Source of the DNA: a virus | Taxonomy: Duplodnaviria; Caudoviricetes | Length of the DNA: 64,000 nucleotides | Direction: 5' to 3' (one strand) | Virus record (IMG/VR): IMGVR_UViG_3300035517_000173 | Location: 4,346-68,345 of that record | In this document: one piece after another, positions 29,867 to 38,489 of the stretch | Layout: every line of letters starts with the position of its first letter | Numbering within the stretch: position 1 is the stretch's first letter | The notes under the pieces: model-generated | What the model was told of the DNA's origin: nothing | What the model saw: the letters and a program-made list of their open reading frames with translations, nothing else | The model's database searches: none | Made by a program: the position numbers and the translations under genes

Positions 29867-30592
29867 TCATCCCTCTGTCAGTTCCTTAATTGCGTCCATT
29901 TTCTGATAGTATTTCTGAAGCGCAAATCTCTGTTCATTGTTTATCTGTTTCAATCTTTCAATCTCTTCTTCCTGTCCAACACATTTTTTTACCAGTTCTT
30001 CAAAAGTGTATGATTCTGAAATTTCCTCATATGCCAACTTCGAAAGAGGTGTTTCCTCTTGATTTTTCTTTCCAGTTATCCTATCAATTTCTAATTTTAA
30101 TTCCTTGAGTCTTCCAGCAAAACTAACTCCAGTTTCGTATTCAGAATGCAAGCCTACTTCAATTTCTTCTCTTAATTTTTTGTTATCTATTTGGTAAAAG
30201 TCAAATTTTCTTTCATTTTCTTTATTCCTTTTCATTTTTTCGTCTATTTTGTAACACAAATCGTTATTCTCGCTTTTAAGCCTTAAAACTTCTTCCTCTA
30301 AGGAACATATCTTTCTTCTGTGTCTTTCGTACGCCATTTTTAGTTCTTCGTTCTGTTTAGCCGTCTTTTTAATAATTTTTTCATTCTCTTGTTTTTCTTC
30401 TTTCAATTTGTCAACCAGTTTCCTTAATTCCTCATTTTTCAATTCAAGTTCAGCATTATAGAAAAACAAATCGTCCGTTTTCTTCTTCATGCTTTCCTTG
30501 TAACTGCAACATTCCATCATAAGCTGTTTGTATGTTTCCTCCGGCACATAGCCTTTTCCATTGAATTCACAAATCACTACATAGTTTGTCAT
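29867..30592 (-). CDS. Coiled-coil hypothetical protein
   Basis: Lys/Glu-rich heptads. Confidence 0.7.
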   Translation of the reverse strand: MTNYVVICEFNGKGYVPEETYKQLMMECCSYKESMKKKTDDLFFYNAELELKNEELRKLVDKLKEEKQENEKIIKKTAKQNEELKMAYERHRRKICSLEEEVLRLKSENNDLCYKIDEKMKRNKENERKFDFYQIDNKKLREEIEVGLHSEYETGVSFAGRLKELKLEIDRITGKKNQEETPLSKLAYEEISESYTFEELVKKCVGQEEEIERLKQINNEQRFALQKYYQKMDAIKELTEG

Positions 30593-30951
30593 TTCGCACC
30601 TACTTTCTCATCTTCTTGATTTAATTTACGTCCACACATAGGACAATATTTAATATCTATGTATCCAGCAGTTAAGCATTGATTAAAAAGCATAATACAC
30701 GGCTCTTCTATTGTGCTTATATAAATTTCTGCCCTATCTGGAGAAGATTCTTTTGAAGATACCGTTGGTTTCACTGGAATATGTTTTCCGAGAACACCGC
30801 CTTTTGGCGTGTGATATTTGTTACAAAACTCACACCCATCTTCATTTATTCCGAGTACGGCACTGCAAACATTTTTACATAATTTCCCATCGTCTTCATG
30901 GGTGCATAAATTGTCTTTGTTGTATCTGCAAGTCGCATATCCGCATTTCAT
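30589..30951 (-). CDS. Cys-rich protein, C-terminal YCPMCGRKL
   Basis: Zinc-ribbon motifs. Confidence 0.7.
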   Translation of the reverse strand: MKCGYATCRYNKDNLCTHEDDGKLCKNVCSAVLGINEDGCEFCNKYHTPKGGVLGKHIPVKPTVSSKESSPDRAEIYISTIEEPCIMLFNQCLTAGYIDIKYCPMCGRKLNQEDEKVGAK

Positions 30952-31418
30952 CTTTGCACCAACTTTCTACCGCACATAGGACAAAACTCAATTTCCACAA
31001 ATGCACCCCATCCTTTTTTGTCAAATATCACAAATGTTGGATTCCCATTATCATACAAAAATATCTGACAATCTTTAACATCTGTTTCACTTATTGTCTT
31101 TTTTAATTCAATCACATTGCAATATTCGACAACTTTGTCTTTATAGCCATGACAAAACCTGCAACCGCTTTCCTCTCTTATCACATCCGCAGCAGACAGT
31201 ATCTGTTCCTTTTCATCATCGCACAATTCAAGATTGTTCGTTTTCGCAAAGTGCGGTCTCGTATCTTCAAGTGTTGTAAATTCACATACTATTCCTTTTT
31301 CTTTGCATGATTCTAAGTATTCACACTTATCGCAATGAGTATCTTCCTCGTGGTAAACATATTCAATATTCTTATTCTGTTTTGCCTTTTCCCTCTTGAA
31401 AAATTTCAATATTCGCAT
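30948..31418 (-). CDS. Cys-rich protein, C-terminal FCPMCGRKL (paralog-like of 30589-30951)
   Basis: Shared GC.FC and CPMCGRKL motifs. Confidence 0.7.
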   Translation of the reverse strand: MRILKFFKREKAKQNKNIEYVYHEEDTHCDKCEYLESCKEKGIVCEFTTLEDTRPHFAKTNNLELCDDEKEQILSAADVIREESGCRFCHGYKDKVVEYCNVIELKKTISETDVKDCQIFLYDNGNPTFVIFDKKGWGAFVEIEFCPMCGRKLVQR

Positions 31419-31422
31419 ATGT

Positions 31423-31995
31423 CTACACCTCTTTCCCTGTTATCAACTCACTGTATGGCAAAGTTTCTATCCAATCACAAAATACTTGCCAATCAACAAG
31501 CCTGTGATGTCTGCGCTGTTGGTAAATCGTCTTTAACTGCCTGTAGTTCGTTGTCATCCTTGCGGTCAGTTCAAAACCACTAGGAATGTTATACAAAAGC
31601 GTCAAATAGTCCTCTTTGCTTTTGGTTTCGTTGTACTTGTCTTTCAAGTCCTGCAGAACAGAAATGATTCTCTCGTCAACATATTCATTACACATTTTCC
31701 GTATATCCATGACGGCTATTTTGTGCATACTGGATTGACTGCTGACAAAATCTATAAAGTGATACCTCTGCAATTCAACCCATGCTTTGTTACTGAACGT
31801 CAAATCAAACTGTACGACTATACCGTTCAGAAAATTATCATGTCCGGTTCCTGTCTCACATTTCGCAAGATTCTTTATCGTGTCAGTTATTTCGCTGTTC
31901 ACTTCGCTTGTATCTGTCGCTTTCGGGTACTTGCTCGCCTTGAAACTTTGATTTATTCCGTAAATAAAAATATTATCTATTTTCGGCATTTTCAA
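31423..31995 (-). CDS. ThyX-like (FAD-dependent thymidylate synthase-like) protein
   Basis: GHDNFL.GIVVQFD, QRYHF...SSQS, TNYRQLKTIY.QR..HRL..W..FC pattern; divergent from canonical RHRxxS. Confidence 0.5.
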   Translation of the reverse strand: MKMPKIDNIFIYGINQSFKASKYPKATDTSEVNSEITDTIKNLAKCETGTGHDNFLNGIVVQFDLTFSNKAWVELQRYHFIDFVSSQSSMHKIAVMDIRKMCNEYVDERIISVLQDLKDKYNETKSKEDYLTLLYNIPSGFELTARMTTNYRQLKTIYQQRRHHRLVDWQVFCDWIETLPYSELITGKEV

Positions 31996-32002
31996 TCCCC
32001 TT

Positions 32003-32380
32003 TTATTTGCTATCTTTGTTTTTCCTGTTCATTTCTTCTCTGATTAGGCTTTTAACATCTTCTTTTGTTATGATTTTACTCCATGGTCTGAAACGTGTCT
32101 TGATAAAGTCTATTGCATTTCTGTACTGGACATTCATCTCATCACTCAAGAAAAAATGTTCCACATCTTCAACATAATAATCTATTATAGGCGGTATTGA
32201 TATGCTAGATTGTGAAACGCTTATCCCATATACAAAAATTCCATTAGCACGAACAAATCGCCTATGTGCATTGTGCTCAACTCCAACTTCTGCATTGAAC
32301 AAATCTTCTAAAAACCACTTTGCCTTTTCTCCGTAATCTGATAGATATACAACAAAAGTCGTCATTTTCAATCCCTCCAC
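32003..32380 (-). CDS. Hypothetical protein
   Basis: Co-oriented ORF. Confidence 0.6.
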   Translation of the reverse strand: MEGLKMTTFVVYLSDYGEKAKWFLEDLFNAEVGVEHNAHRRFVRANGIFVYGISVSQSSISIPPIIDYYVEDVEHFFLSDEMNVQYRNAIDFIKTRFRPWSKIITKEDVKSLIREEMNRKNKDSK

Positions 32381-33340
32381 TTAATATTCAACAATACCAC
32401 TCGCTAACTTTTTAAGGTATTCTCCGTTGTTAGCAAAATGCGTTATGTGGTAATCAGTGCCTTTAGGGTGCTTTCGTCTGAAATGCTCCAACACCATATA
32501 CTCAAGGTCGCTGTATAAACTATCTTCGTTCTCGATTGCAGCGACATTTTTGAAATGGTCGTGTTCATCGTCTGCTATGTTATCCAGTGTCAAGAATATG
32601 CTTTCCAGAGTTTCATCTGACAGTATCGGGTGAACTTTTCCAGTCAACTCATTGTACTTTGCCATGTAAAGACTAAAAGCATTGCATATGTTCTCTATCT
32701 CTGTGTTGCTTATCTCTGCCTCTTCCACAATGCAATTAAATCTTTCAATCATGTCCCTTTGCATTTCCAGTAACTCATTTCGGCTTTTCTTTCTGGATGG
32801 TTTTTCCGCTTGCTTTTCAGACTGAAAAGTGTATACCTTTACTTCATTCTCTTTAGAGGATGAAGTGTTTACCTCTGTATCACTTAAACTACTGTTACAT
32901 TTACTACTGGAATACTTATCTCCGACTTTTATTCCACCACCCCCTTGATTTTTTTCCATAACCCCCTCTGGATTTGAATCCATGTCATTACAATCATTGT
33001 CTGATTCTTTTTCGTTGATAAATTCTTCGTAAAATTTATCAAGCAATGTAATTGTACGCTTTTCAATCTCTTTAGTTCCATTTTTGTATGTATAACTACG
33101 ATTGATATATCCATCCTTTTCAAATTTCAGTAACATCTTCTGGACTGTGTTTTCCTTTAACCCTGTGAAATTCGCAAAATGTCTATTTCCTGCATAACAT
33201 ACTCCTTTTTTTGAAAAACTGTAAATTTCGATAAGTATAAACTTTTCGTTCGGAGTAAATTTTGTGGATAAATACAATCTTTTCGGAATCCAAACACCCT
33301 TAAAATCTCTTTTTTCGTCTATCACAATATCTCTACTCAT
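32381..33340 (-). CDS. HTH replication-initiator/replisome-organiser-like protein
   Basis: RDFKGVWIPK...CYAGNRHFANFTG...LEKDGYI wHTH. Confidence 0.75.
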   Translation of the reverse strand: MSRDIVIDEKRDFKGVWIPKRLYLSTKFTPNEKFILIEIYSFSKKGVCYAGNRHFANFTGLKENTVQKMLLKFEKDGYINRSYTYKNGTKEIEKRTITLLDKFYEEFINEKESDNDCNDMDSNPEGVMEKNQGGGGIKVGDKYSSSKCNSSLSDTEVNTSSSKENEVKVYTFQSEKQAEKPSRKKSRNELLEMQRDMIERFNCIVEEAEISNTEIENICNAFSLYMAKYNELTGKVHPILSDETLESIFLTLDNIADDEHDHFKNVAAIENEDSLYSDLEYMVLEHFRRKHPKGTDYHITHFANNGEYLKKLASGIVEY

Positions 33341-33369
33341 AAATTTTTACCTCCGTGTTGATAAATTTT

Positions 33370-33437
33370 CCGTGATTTTATAAAAACAACGGACAGGCAA
33401 TCACGGTTTTGCTTTTCGGGAGCTACCCTATTCCGTT
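33370..33437 (-). promoter_or_regulatory. Structured 5' leader with alternative helices
   Basis: AACGGA/TCCGTT helix competes with CCGTGATT/AATCACGG; GGGTAGCTCCCGAAAAG core. Confidence 0.45.
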
Positions 33438-33444
33438 ATTTTAA

Positions 33445-33511
33445 AAGGGTGTGTGGGACTTGAACCCACGCTTCATATGTATGTTGCTCTCGCCATCTGA
33501 GCTAACACCCT
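33445..33511 (-). tRNA. tRNA-like element with truncated anticodon arm (pseudo-tRNA)
   Basis: 7-bp acceptor AGGGTGT/ACACCCT, D arm GCTC/GAGC, T arm GTGGG-TTCAAGT-CCCAC; only 15 nt between D and T arms. Confidence 0.65.
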
Positions 33512-33611
33512 AGAATACCTCTGTGACGTAAAATTTGCCACTTATTTTTCGATTTTTATTCGTTTTGCGTAATTATACTGTCTAAACGTGCAAAATGCTT
33601 TAAATCGCAAA

Positions 33612-33851
33612 TTAAAGCGTCTCTTGTTTTATGAACGGCAATCCGTAAAGCGTATATCCGTTCTCAAAAACCATGTCGCACCACTTGAGGAACGTTGGCG
33701 TTGACACTCCTGCGACTTTTGCAGCTTTTCCTTGCGACAGTTCTCCATGCAAATATCCGTTAAACGCCTTTTCAAAGTCATCTGCATTGACTTTCTTTCC
33801 GGTGTAGTAGTTTGGATGACCTTTCACAAAAAAATTCCCCATTTTACACAT
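33612..33851 (-). CDS. Small HTH protein
   Basis: LSQGKAAKVAGVSTPTFLKW. Confidence 0.7.
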   Translation of the reverse strand: MCKMGNFFVKGHPNYYTGKKVNADDFEKAFNGYLHGELSQGKAAKVAGVSTPTFLKWCDMVFENGYTLYGLPFIKQETL

Positions 33852-33972
33852 CCTTTCTCTTTGGATAGGACAGATGGGATGACGTCATAGAAAAAATCAA
33901 GGGGAATTTCTACGATAAAGAGGAAATGCATCCCATCTGCCACGGAGACAAACCCTGCGTAAGTCTCCGCAA

Positions 33973-34050
33973 TACGCACAGCCGGAATCGAACCGGCGTT
34001 TCCAACACAACCGTAAATATACGGCAGATATCGTCTTATATCGTGTGCGC
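33973..34050 (-). tRNA. Degenerate tRNA-like element
   Basis: Acceptor GCGCACA/TGTGCGT, T arm GCCGG-TTCGATT-CCGGC; anticodon loop not 7 nt. Confidence 0.55.
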
Positions 34051-34124
34051 TCCGATGAACATTTTTCCAGAAAAGGGCAGTTTTCAAAGAAAATATTCTG
34101 ATACCCGGAAAGAACCGGGTAAAT

Positions 34125-34172
34125 GCTTCCCATGGGATTCGAACCCAACGTTGACGCCGACCGTCCGAAGCA
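34125..34172 (-). ncRNA. Minimal tRNA-like fragment (acceptor-like stem, one hairpin, T arm)
   Basis: GCTTC...GAAGC enclosing GACG/CGTC and TGGG-TTCGAAT-CCCA. Confidence 0.35.
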
Positions 34173-34306
34173 CCGCAGACTATAACTGCGCATCGCATCC
34201 GAAAACACGATGGTATGAATTCCACGCTTATCCGGTGACGTGGCAATCTTATAACTTGGGGAATTAAATTTAATTAACGTTACGCAGCATAAAACGGATA
34301 AGCAAA

Positions 34307-34381
34307 TGGCAATCTGCAGAATCGAACCGCAATCTTTTCTGTTACATGGCAAAACAGAACGTGCTCCGTACACTAATTGCC
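34307..34381 (-). tRNA. Degenerate tRNA-like element (9-nt anticodon loop)
   Basis: Acceptor GGCAATT/GATTGCC, stem TTCTGTT/AACAGAA with loop TTGCCATGT, T arm TGCGG-TTCGATT-CTGCA. Confidence 0.55.
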
Positions 34382-34427
34382 GCCTCATGTCGTAATAAGG
34401 AGAAAAAATCAAAAAAATCTAACAAAA

Positions 34428-34514
34428 CGCCGAAAGCAAGAATCGAACTTGCACAACGATTTTACTCGTTGGAGAGATTAGCAATCTCCTGTGATACCAT
34501 TACACCATTTCGGC
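34428..34514 (-). tRNA. tRNA-Ser(GCT)
   Basis: Full cloverleaf: GCCGAAA/TTTCGGC, anticodon loop TTGCTAA, long variable arm, GCAAG-TTCGATT-CTTGC, G discriminator, no encoded CCA. Confidence 0.88.
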
Positions 34515-34606
34515 TGATATATTTCAGCGGACAGACTATGCATCCAACAAAAGAAAGGAGGTTTCTGCGGCAAATCAGATACACACGTCTGTCCTGCTCC
34601 TGTATT

Positions 34607-34960
34607 CTATTCTTCATTTAAGCCAGAAAGTTCAAATTCTAGGTACTGTTTGGCTTTCAAAAGGTCTTTCTCTCTTGATTCGCCGTCTTTCCGTCCGGCA
34701 CGTGCAATGTATTTGACTACATTCCCCAAACAGAAATCTAAATTCCAGTCCTGTATGACTTTGACCGGCTCATATTTGCGACCATCACAGTAATGAGCTG
34801 GATGCTCAACGATATCCTTTTTGTTTTTTGAAAATTTTTCACAATTAAGTTTTACACAATGATATTCTTTTTCGCCTGTTGACATATCTTCAATTGTGGT
34901 AAACATAGGGCATCCATCACAATGTTTTGGAATATCTTTAACGTCTTTTACTACAAACAT
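34607..34960 (-). CDS. DUF3310 (SaV-like) protein
   Basis: VEHPAHY...FCLGNVVKYIARAGRK...DLLKAKQYL. Confidence 0.85.
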   Translation of the reverse strand: MFVVKDVKDIPKHCDGCPMFTTIEDMSTGEKEYHCVKLNCEKFSKNKKDIVEHPAHYCDGRKYEPVKVIQDWNLDFCLGNVVKYIARAGRKDGESREKDLLKAKQYLEFELSGLNEE

Positions 34961-35140
34961 CTATTCATCTCCTGTCAATCGCAAAAGTATGTGTTCCGCA
35001 AGTTCCCTTGTATCCTCTATCTCTGCTTCAATCAAAACGGATTCTATGCTTCCCGTAAGTTCGTTGTATAGTTCATCATCAATTTTAATCTGCTCTTTAA
35101 GCTGCTTGATAAGCCCTGCGCTTATAATCCTATTCCCCAT
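34961..35140 (-). CDS. 59-aa hypothetical protein (not in ORF track)
   Basis: MGNRIISAGLIKQLKEQ...LRLTGDE; GAGGTGG RBS. Confidence 0.6.
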   Translation of the reverse strand: MGNRIISAGLIKQLKEQIKIDDELYNELTGSIESVLIEAEIEDTRELAEHILLRLTGDE

Positions 35141-35256
35141 GCTAATTCCACCTCACTGTAGAAATCATATTGGTAAATTATTGAATGTGTTCATCTATTT
35201 CAGATACCGCCCTTATTATTATGTCAAATTATATTGACGACGTGGATAACTGTAGT

Positions 35257-35442
35257 CTACATCTTGAACAAATACGTTGATTTCTCAGGTAGTTCATTGC
35301 AGTATTTCAGGACAATCGGTTTCATTGTCTCTGCAAATTCACAATATGCCAAAGTCATCTTCATTTGGTCTTGAAGTTCCATTTCTAACATATCCAGTTC
35401 TCCCACAAGTTTGAAAATGTTGTTTACCTCATCAATGCTCAT
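35257..35442 (-). CDS. Hypothetical protein
   Basis: GGGGG RBS. Confidence 0.6.
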   Translation of the reverse strand: MSIDEVNNIFKLVGELDMLEMELQDQMKMTLAYCEFAETMKPIVLKYCNELPEKSTYLFKM

Positions 35443-35457
35443 TACGATATCCCCCTT

Positions 35458-35880
35458 TTAATACAATACAACCGTTTCATCCGGCACTTGCATAAGCAAT
35501 CTAAATGTGTTTTTGCCTTTTACCGTTACATATGTTCTAACGCCACTGTAACCGCTGTATTTATTCTTAAAATCTTTCATGACAAACAACACTTGTTTTC
35601 TGTACGGTTCATATGGCTTTATTATTCCTGCGTTGTCCTTGTAAATGTAACCCTTTTCTAAAATCCATCCTGTAAACTCCGTCTGACTATATCCCAGTTC
35701 CTTTGCCGTGTCACGGAAGTTTGTTAAAAGATTGCTGTCAACCAGTGAATTAAAATAATCTGATTTTGGTTTCATTTCTTCCGCTTGTTTCGTCAGTACT
35801 CTGTTTTTATCCTCAAGTGCCTTTCTCTCTTTCGCTTCTTCAATCCATCGTTCCGCACGCTTGATAGGGTCATCTATCAT
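35458..35880 (-). CDS. Antirepressor KilAC domain protein, apparently N-truncated
   Basis: EMKPKSDYFNSLVD...TNFRDTAKELG...RTYVTVKGK. Confidence 0.75.
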   Translation of the reverse strand: MIDDPIKRAERWIEEAKERKALEDKNRVLTKQAEEMKPKSDYFNSLVDSNLLTNFRDTAKELGYSQTEFTGWILEKGYIYKDNAGIIKPYEPYRKQVLFVMKDFKNKYSGYSGVRTYVTVKGKNTFRLLMQVPDETVVLY

Positions 35881-36196
35881 GTATGAATCCTGTTTCTGTT
35901 GAATTGTGTATCCTCTCTGTCTTCTATTTACATGGTGTTCAGTTATTGTATATTGTATATATATTATTTACTGTGTTATGGTTCATAGCATATATACTTT
36001 TAATAACCTTAAAGGGGGCTTTTTGTTTTTTCGGGATTCGTGTGGCTTAGTAGGCGATTCCATCATTCCCACCAATATCCCCCTACCACCGCCTCAGTTC
36101 CTTGCCTTTTAGCTCTCTTGGACAAACTCCGGTTTGTTCTATAGAGTGATTCGTGTATATTGCGTTTATCATTCACGCAACCACTATATCTTGTGT

Positions 36197-36889
36197 TTAT
36201 GTATCGTCTGGGACAGTCGGTAACTCTTTTCTTGCATTATCTCCGTACAACTGTTCGATTTGTGCTGCCGTTCTTGTCTGCTTTTTCGATACTTCTTTTG
36301 ACACGCCCGGAAGATTGTACCCATAGTGCTTATTGAGTAATATAGCTATCGCTGTCGGATGATTCATGCTTGTAAGTTTTGCGACAAGTGATTCTTCACG
36401 ATACACATGTAATTTTTGGTAAATCTCAAAACTTTTATTACTTAATCTTTCGCCACTGTATCTATCCCATGTATGTATAGTCTCTTGATTTATACCAGTG
36501 AGAAAAGTAAAGCCGTTTATAGATACTTCTTTATTATTTATCATGCATAAATATATATAATAATTACATATGTCATTTAATAAATCATAATTATATGAAT
36601 TAAATGTACTATCCATAATGCAATTACTTTCTGTGTAATTATCTTTAGACTTTAATAATTTAGGGTCAGTGAAAACATGTGCATGAATATACATCAGACA
36701 GGCGTTCCACCTTGACTGGCTTTCACGTGTGAAATCTTCTATGTTGTTTTCTTCTTTGAACTGTGTAATATAATAATCCATATCACTATTAAAAACTTCG
36801 GCGGTCAGTTCTTCGCCCTGTACCCTTTCAACTGCTTTCGGTTCTGCCTTTTCTACTGTCTTTCTTGCCATGCTATCACCTCTTTTCAA
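36197..36889 (-). CDS. Probable terminase small subunit / DNA packaging protein
   Basis: Helical protein ending AILLNKHYGYNLPGV; inferred, about 8 kb from TerL. Confidence 0.5.
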   Translation of the reverse strand: MKRGDSMARKTVEKAEPKAVERVQGEELTAEVFNSDMDYYITQFKEENNIEDFTRESQSRWNACLMYIHAHVFTDPKLLKSKDNYTESNCIMDSTFNSYNYDLLNDICNYYIYLCMINNKEVSINGFTFLTGINQETIHTWDRYSGERLSNKSFEIYQKLHVYREESLVAKLTSMNHPTAIAILLNKHYGYNLPGVSKEVSKKQTRTAAQIEQLYGDNARKELPTVPDDT

Positions 36890-37036
36890 TCCTAAAAATC
36901 AAATAAAAAAACGCCCAACAAGTGCTATTAAAACGGCACTCGTTAGACGTGTGAAATGTCTTGTATTATATTGTTCTTGTGTACACTCCGCAGGCTGCCA
37001 CGCTCCACGGGTGGAAATATTAAATTGATTTACTGG

Positions 37037-37066
37037 AATAATACCACAACATGTAGTTATCTGTCA
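37037..37066 (-). promoter_or_regulatory. Promoter upstream of the TerS-like gene
   Basis: Minus TTGACA-18-TATTAT with TG extension. Confidence 0.5.
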
Positions 37067-37227
37067 ACTATATTTTTTCAATTACTGGAACATATTCACT
37101 TGTGTATATTGTTGTATTATATAACTGTTGTATGTATATATATTATACTGTTGTGTATTATTATATTATATATTACATACTGGAAACAGTTAGAAATGTG
37201 GGGCGGTTTGTGTCCGCCCCCTTGTTT

Positions 37228-37398
37228 CTAGTCTTGCAATTCTAAATCTTCGGTGCTGATTCCAAGACTTTGTAGCTCCATTCTGGCAATTCTTTCTTGG
37301 TATTCAATTTCTTCCTTGCCGTATTTCTTTATTCGCTGAATACCAACAAATTTTTCAATTGCTACTTTCTTTTGTTCTGATTCGTTCAAATCGTTCAT
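37228..37398 (-). CDS. 56-aa small protein (not in ORF track)
   Basis: MNDLNESEQKKVAIEKFVGIQRIKKYGKEEIEYQERIARMELQSLGISTEDLELQD; GAAAGGAG RBS and own promoter. Confidence 0.75.
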   Translation of the reverse strand: MNDLNESEQKKVAIEKFVGIQRIKKYGKEEIEYQERIARMELQSLGISTEDLELQD

Positions 37399-37444
37399 AT
37401 TTCTCCTTTCTATGTATTTCAGATGTTCCCTATCTGATAATACA

Positions 37445-37473
37445 ATTATAACATAAGTGCATTATATAATCAA
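37445..37473 (-). promoter_or_regulatory. Promoter with operator in the spacer
   Basis: Minus TTGATT-17-TATAAT; TAAGTGCATTAT inside. Confidence 0.7.
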
Positions 37474-37486
37474 GTATATAAGTGCA

Positions 37487-37687
37487 TTATTTTAAATATT
37501 TTTCCATCCTTTCTAATTCATTGGAAACAACTTCTTTTATAAAACCGCCCGCCGATTTGATTCCAAGCCGTTTCATGCGTTCCCTCGTTCCTGCTGGGAA
37601 CACCACATTTATACGGTCATTCTTTTTTTCGTATTCTCTAACGGCTTTTCGTTGTGCTTCGGTTGTTTTTAGTTCCGTTTGTTCCAT
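37487..37687 (-). CDS. Small ribbon-helix-helix-type DNA-binding protein
   Basis: TEAQRKAVREYEKKNDRINVVFPAGTRERMK...FIKEVV. Confidence 0.75.
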   Translation of the reverse strand: MEQTELKTTEAQRKAVREYEKKNDRINVVFPAGTRERMKRLGIKSAGGFIKEVVSNELERMEKYLK

Positions 37688-37724
37688 TATCGTTCACTCC
37701 ATTCTTTCTTGTGACATTTATATC

Positions 37725-37753
37725 ATTATATAATAAGTGCGTTATATTGTCAA
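37725..37753 (-). promoter_or_regulatory. Consensus sigma70 promoter with operator in the spacer
   Basis: Minus TTGACA-17-TATAAT; TAAGTGCGTTAT inside. Confidence 0.85.
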
Positions 37754-37970
37754 TAGATAAGTGCATTATACAAAGTGGATAAAATATAAGTGCGTTATTT
37801 GTTTTTATTTTATACTATGTAAGTGCATTATATTATTTGCGTTATAGTTTCAAAAACATAGTGATATCATCCAGAATATAGAGTTCGCTCTTTTCAAAGA
37901 ATAAAAGTCATGCTATACCGTACATTGATAGTGGTTTACTTATAGTTTTAACTTTAAATATTACTTATAG

Positions 37971-38129
37971 TTAAAACTGTATCCTATTCCGATAATAAGG
38001 ACAATTCTCCGCAACAATAATCAATCCGACACTTGCATATCGGCACTTTCGCAGTTCTTCCAGTAGTTTGTCCTGCGTCATGCCCGGATTGGTTTTTCTC
38101 ACGTATTCAAGCAATTTCTGTATGGTCAT
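37971..38129 (-). CDS. 52-aa small protein (not in ORF track)
   Basis: MTIQKLLEYVRKTNPGMTQDKLLEEL...; ATGA overlap with the upstream gene. Confidence 0.6.
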   Translation of the reverse strand: MTIQKLLEYVRKTNPGMTQDKLLEELRKCRYASVGLIIVAENCPYYRNRIQF

Positions 38130-38443
38130 GATACACCTCGTTTCAATCTGTAAAATACATTGTCAGCAGTTTCAATTATTGACGTTCCGTATTCGCACAT
38201 AATCTGGCACACAATTTCTTCCTGCTCAACGGTCAGATTTATGCCATACTCACTCATGTAGGCGTGACATATCTCATGTATCGACACTTTGCGGAACATG
38301 GTGTCTGGTAGTCTGTCGAAAATATAAATCGTTCTGTTATCTCTGTCGCACACTCCCATCACGCTTACACCGTCACTTCTCCTTAAAATCGGACTTCCGC
38401 AACGTACAAGCCTTATATTCCAGTTTTTATTGTTTATCCGCAT
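38126..38443 (-). CDS. HEXXH zinc metallopeptidase-like protein
   Basis: GVCD...RTIYI...IHEICHA. Confidence 0.75.
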   Translation of the reverse strand: MRINNKNWNIRLVRCGSPILRRSDGVSVMGVCDRDNRTIYIFDRLPDTMFRKVSIHEICHAYMSEYGINLTVEQEEIVCQIMCEYGTSIIETADNVFYRLKRGVS

Positions 38444-38463
38444 AAATTCTACACCTCACATAT

Positions 38464-38484
38464 AAAAAGGGGCATTTCTGCCCC
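38464..38484 (-). terminator. Rho-independent terminator
   Basis: Minus GGGGCA-gaaa-TGCCCC-TTTTT. Confidence 0.7.
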
Positions 38485-38489
38485 ATAAA

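Larger units (their letters stand above)
37454..37831. repeat. Six copies of 12-bp TAAGTGCRTTAT
   Basis: Start at 37454, 37479, 37734, 37758, 37787, 37820. Confidence 0.9.

Noticed and set aside
33840-34600. Naming the region GOLLD or ROOL RNA
   Set aside because: I cannot verify their conserved pseudoknotted cores by eye; it needs an Infernal search.
33824-34621. Track ORFs across the tRNA-like region
   Set aside because: They overlap cloverleafs on both strands and lack protein-like motifs.
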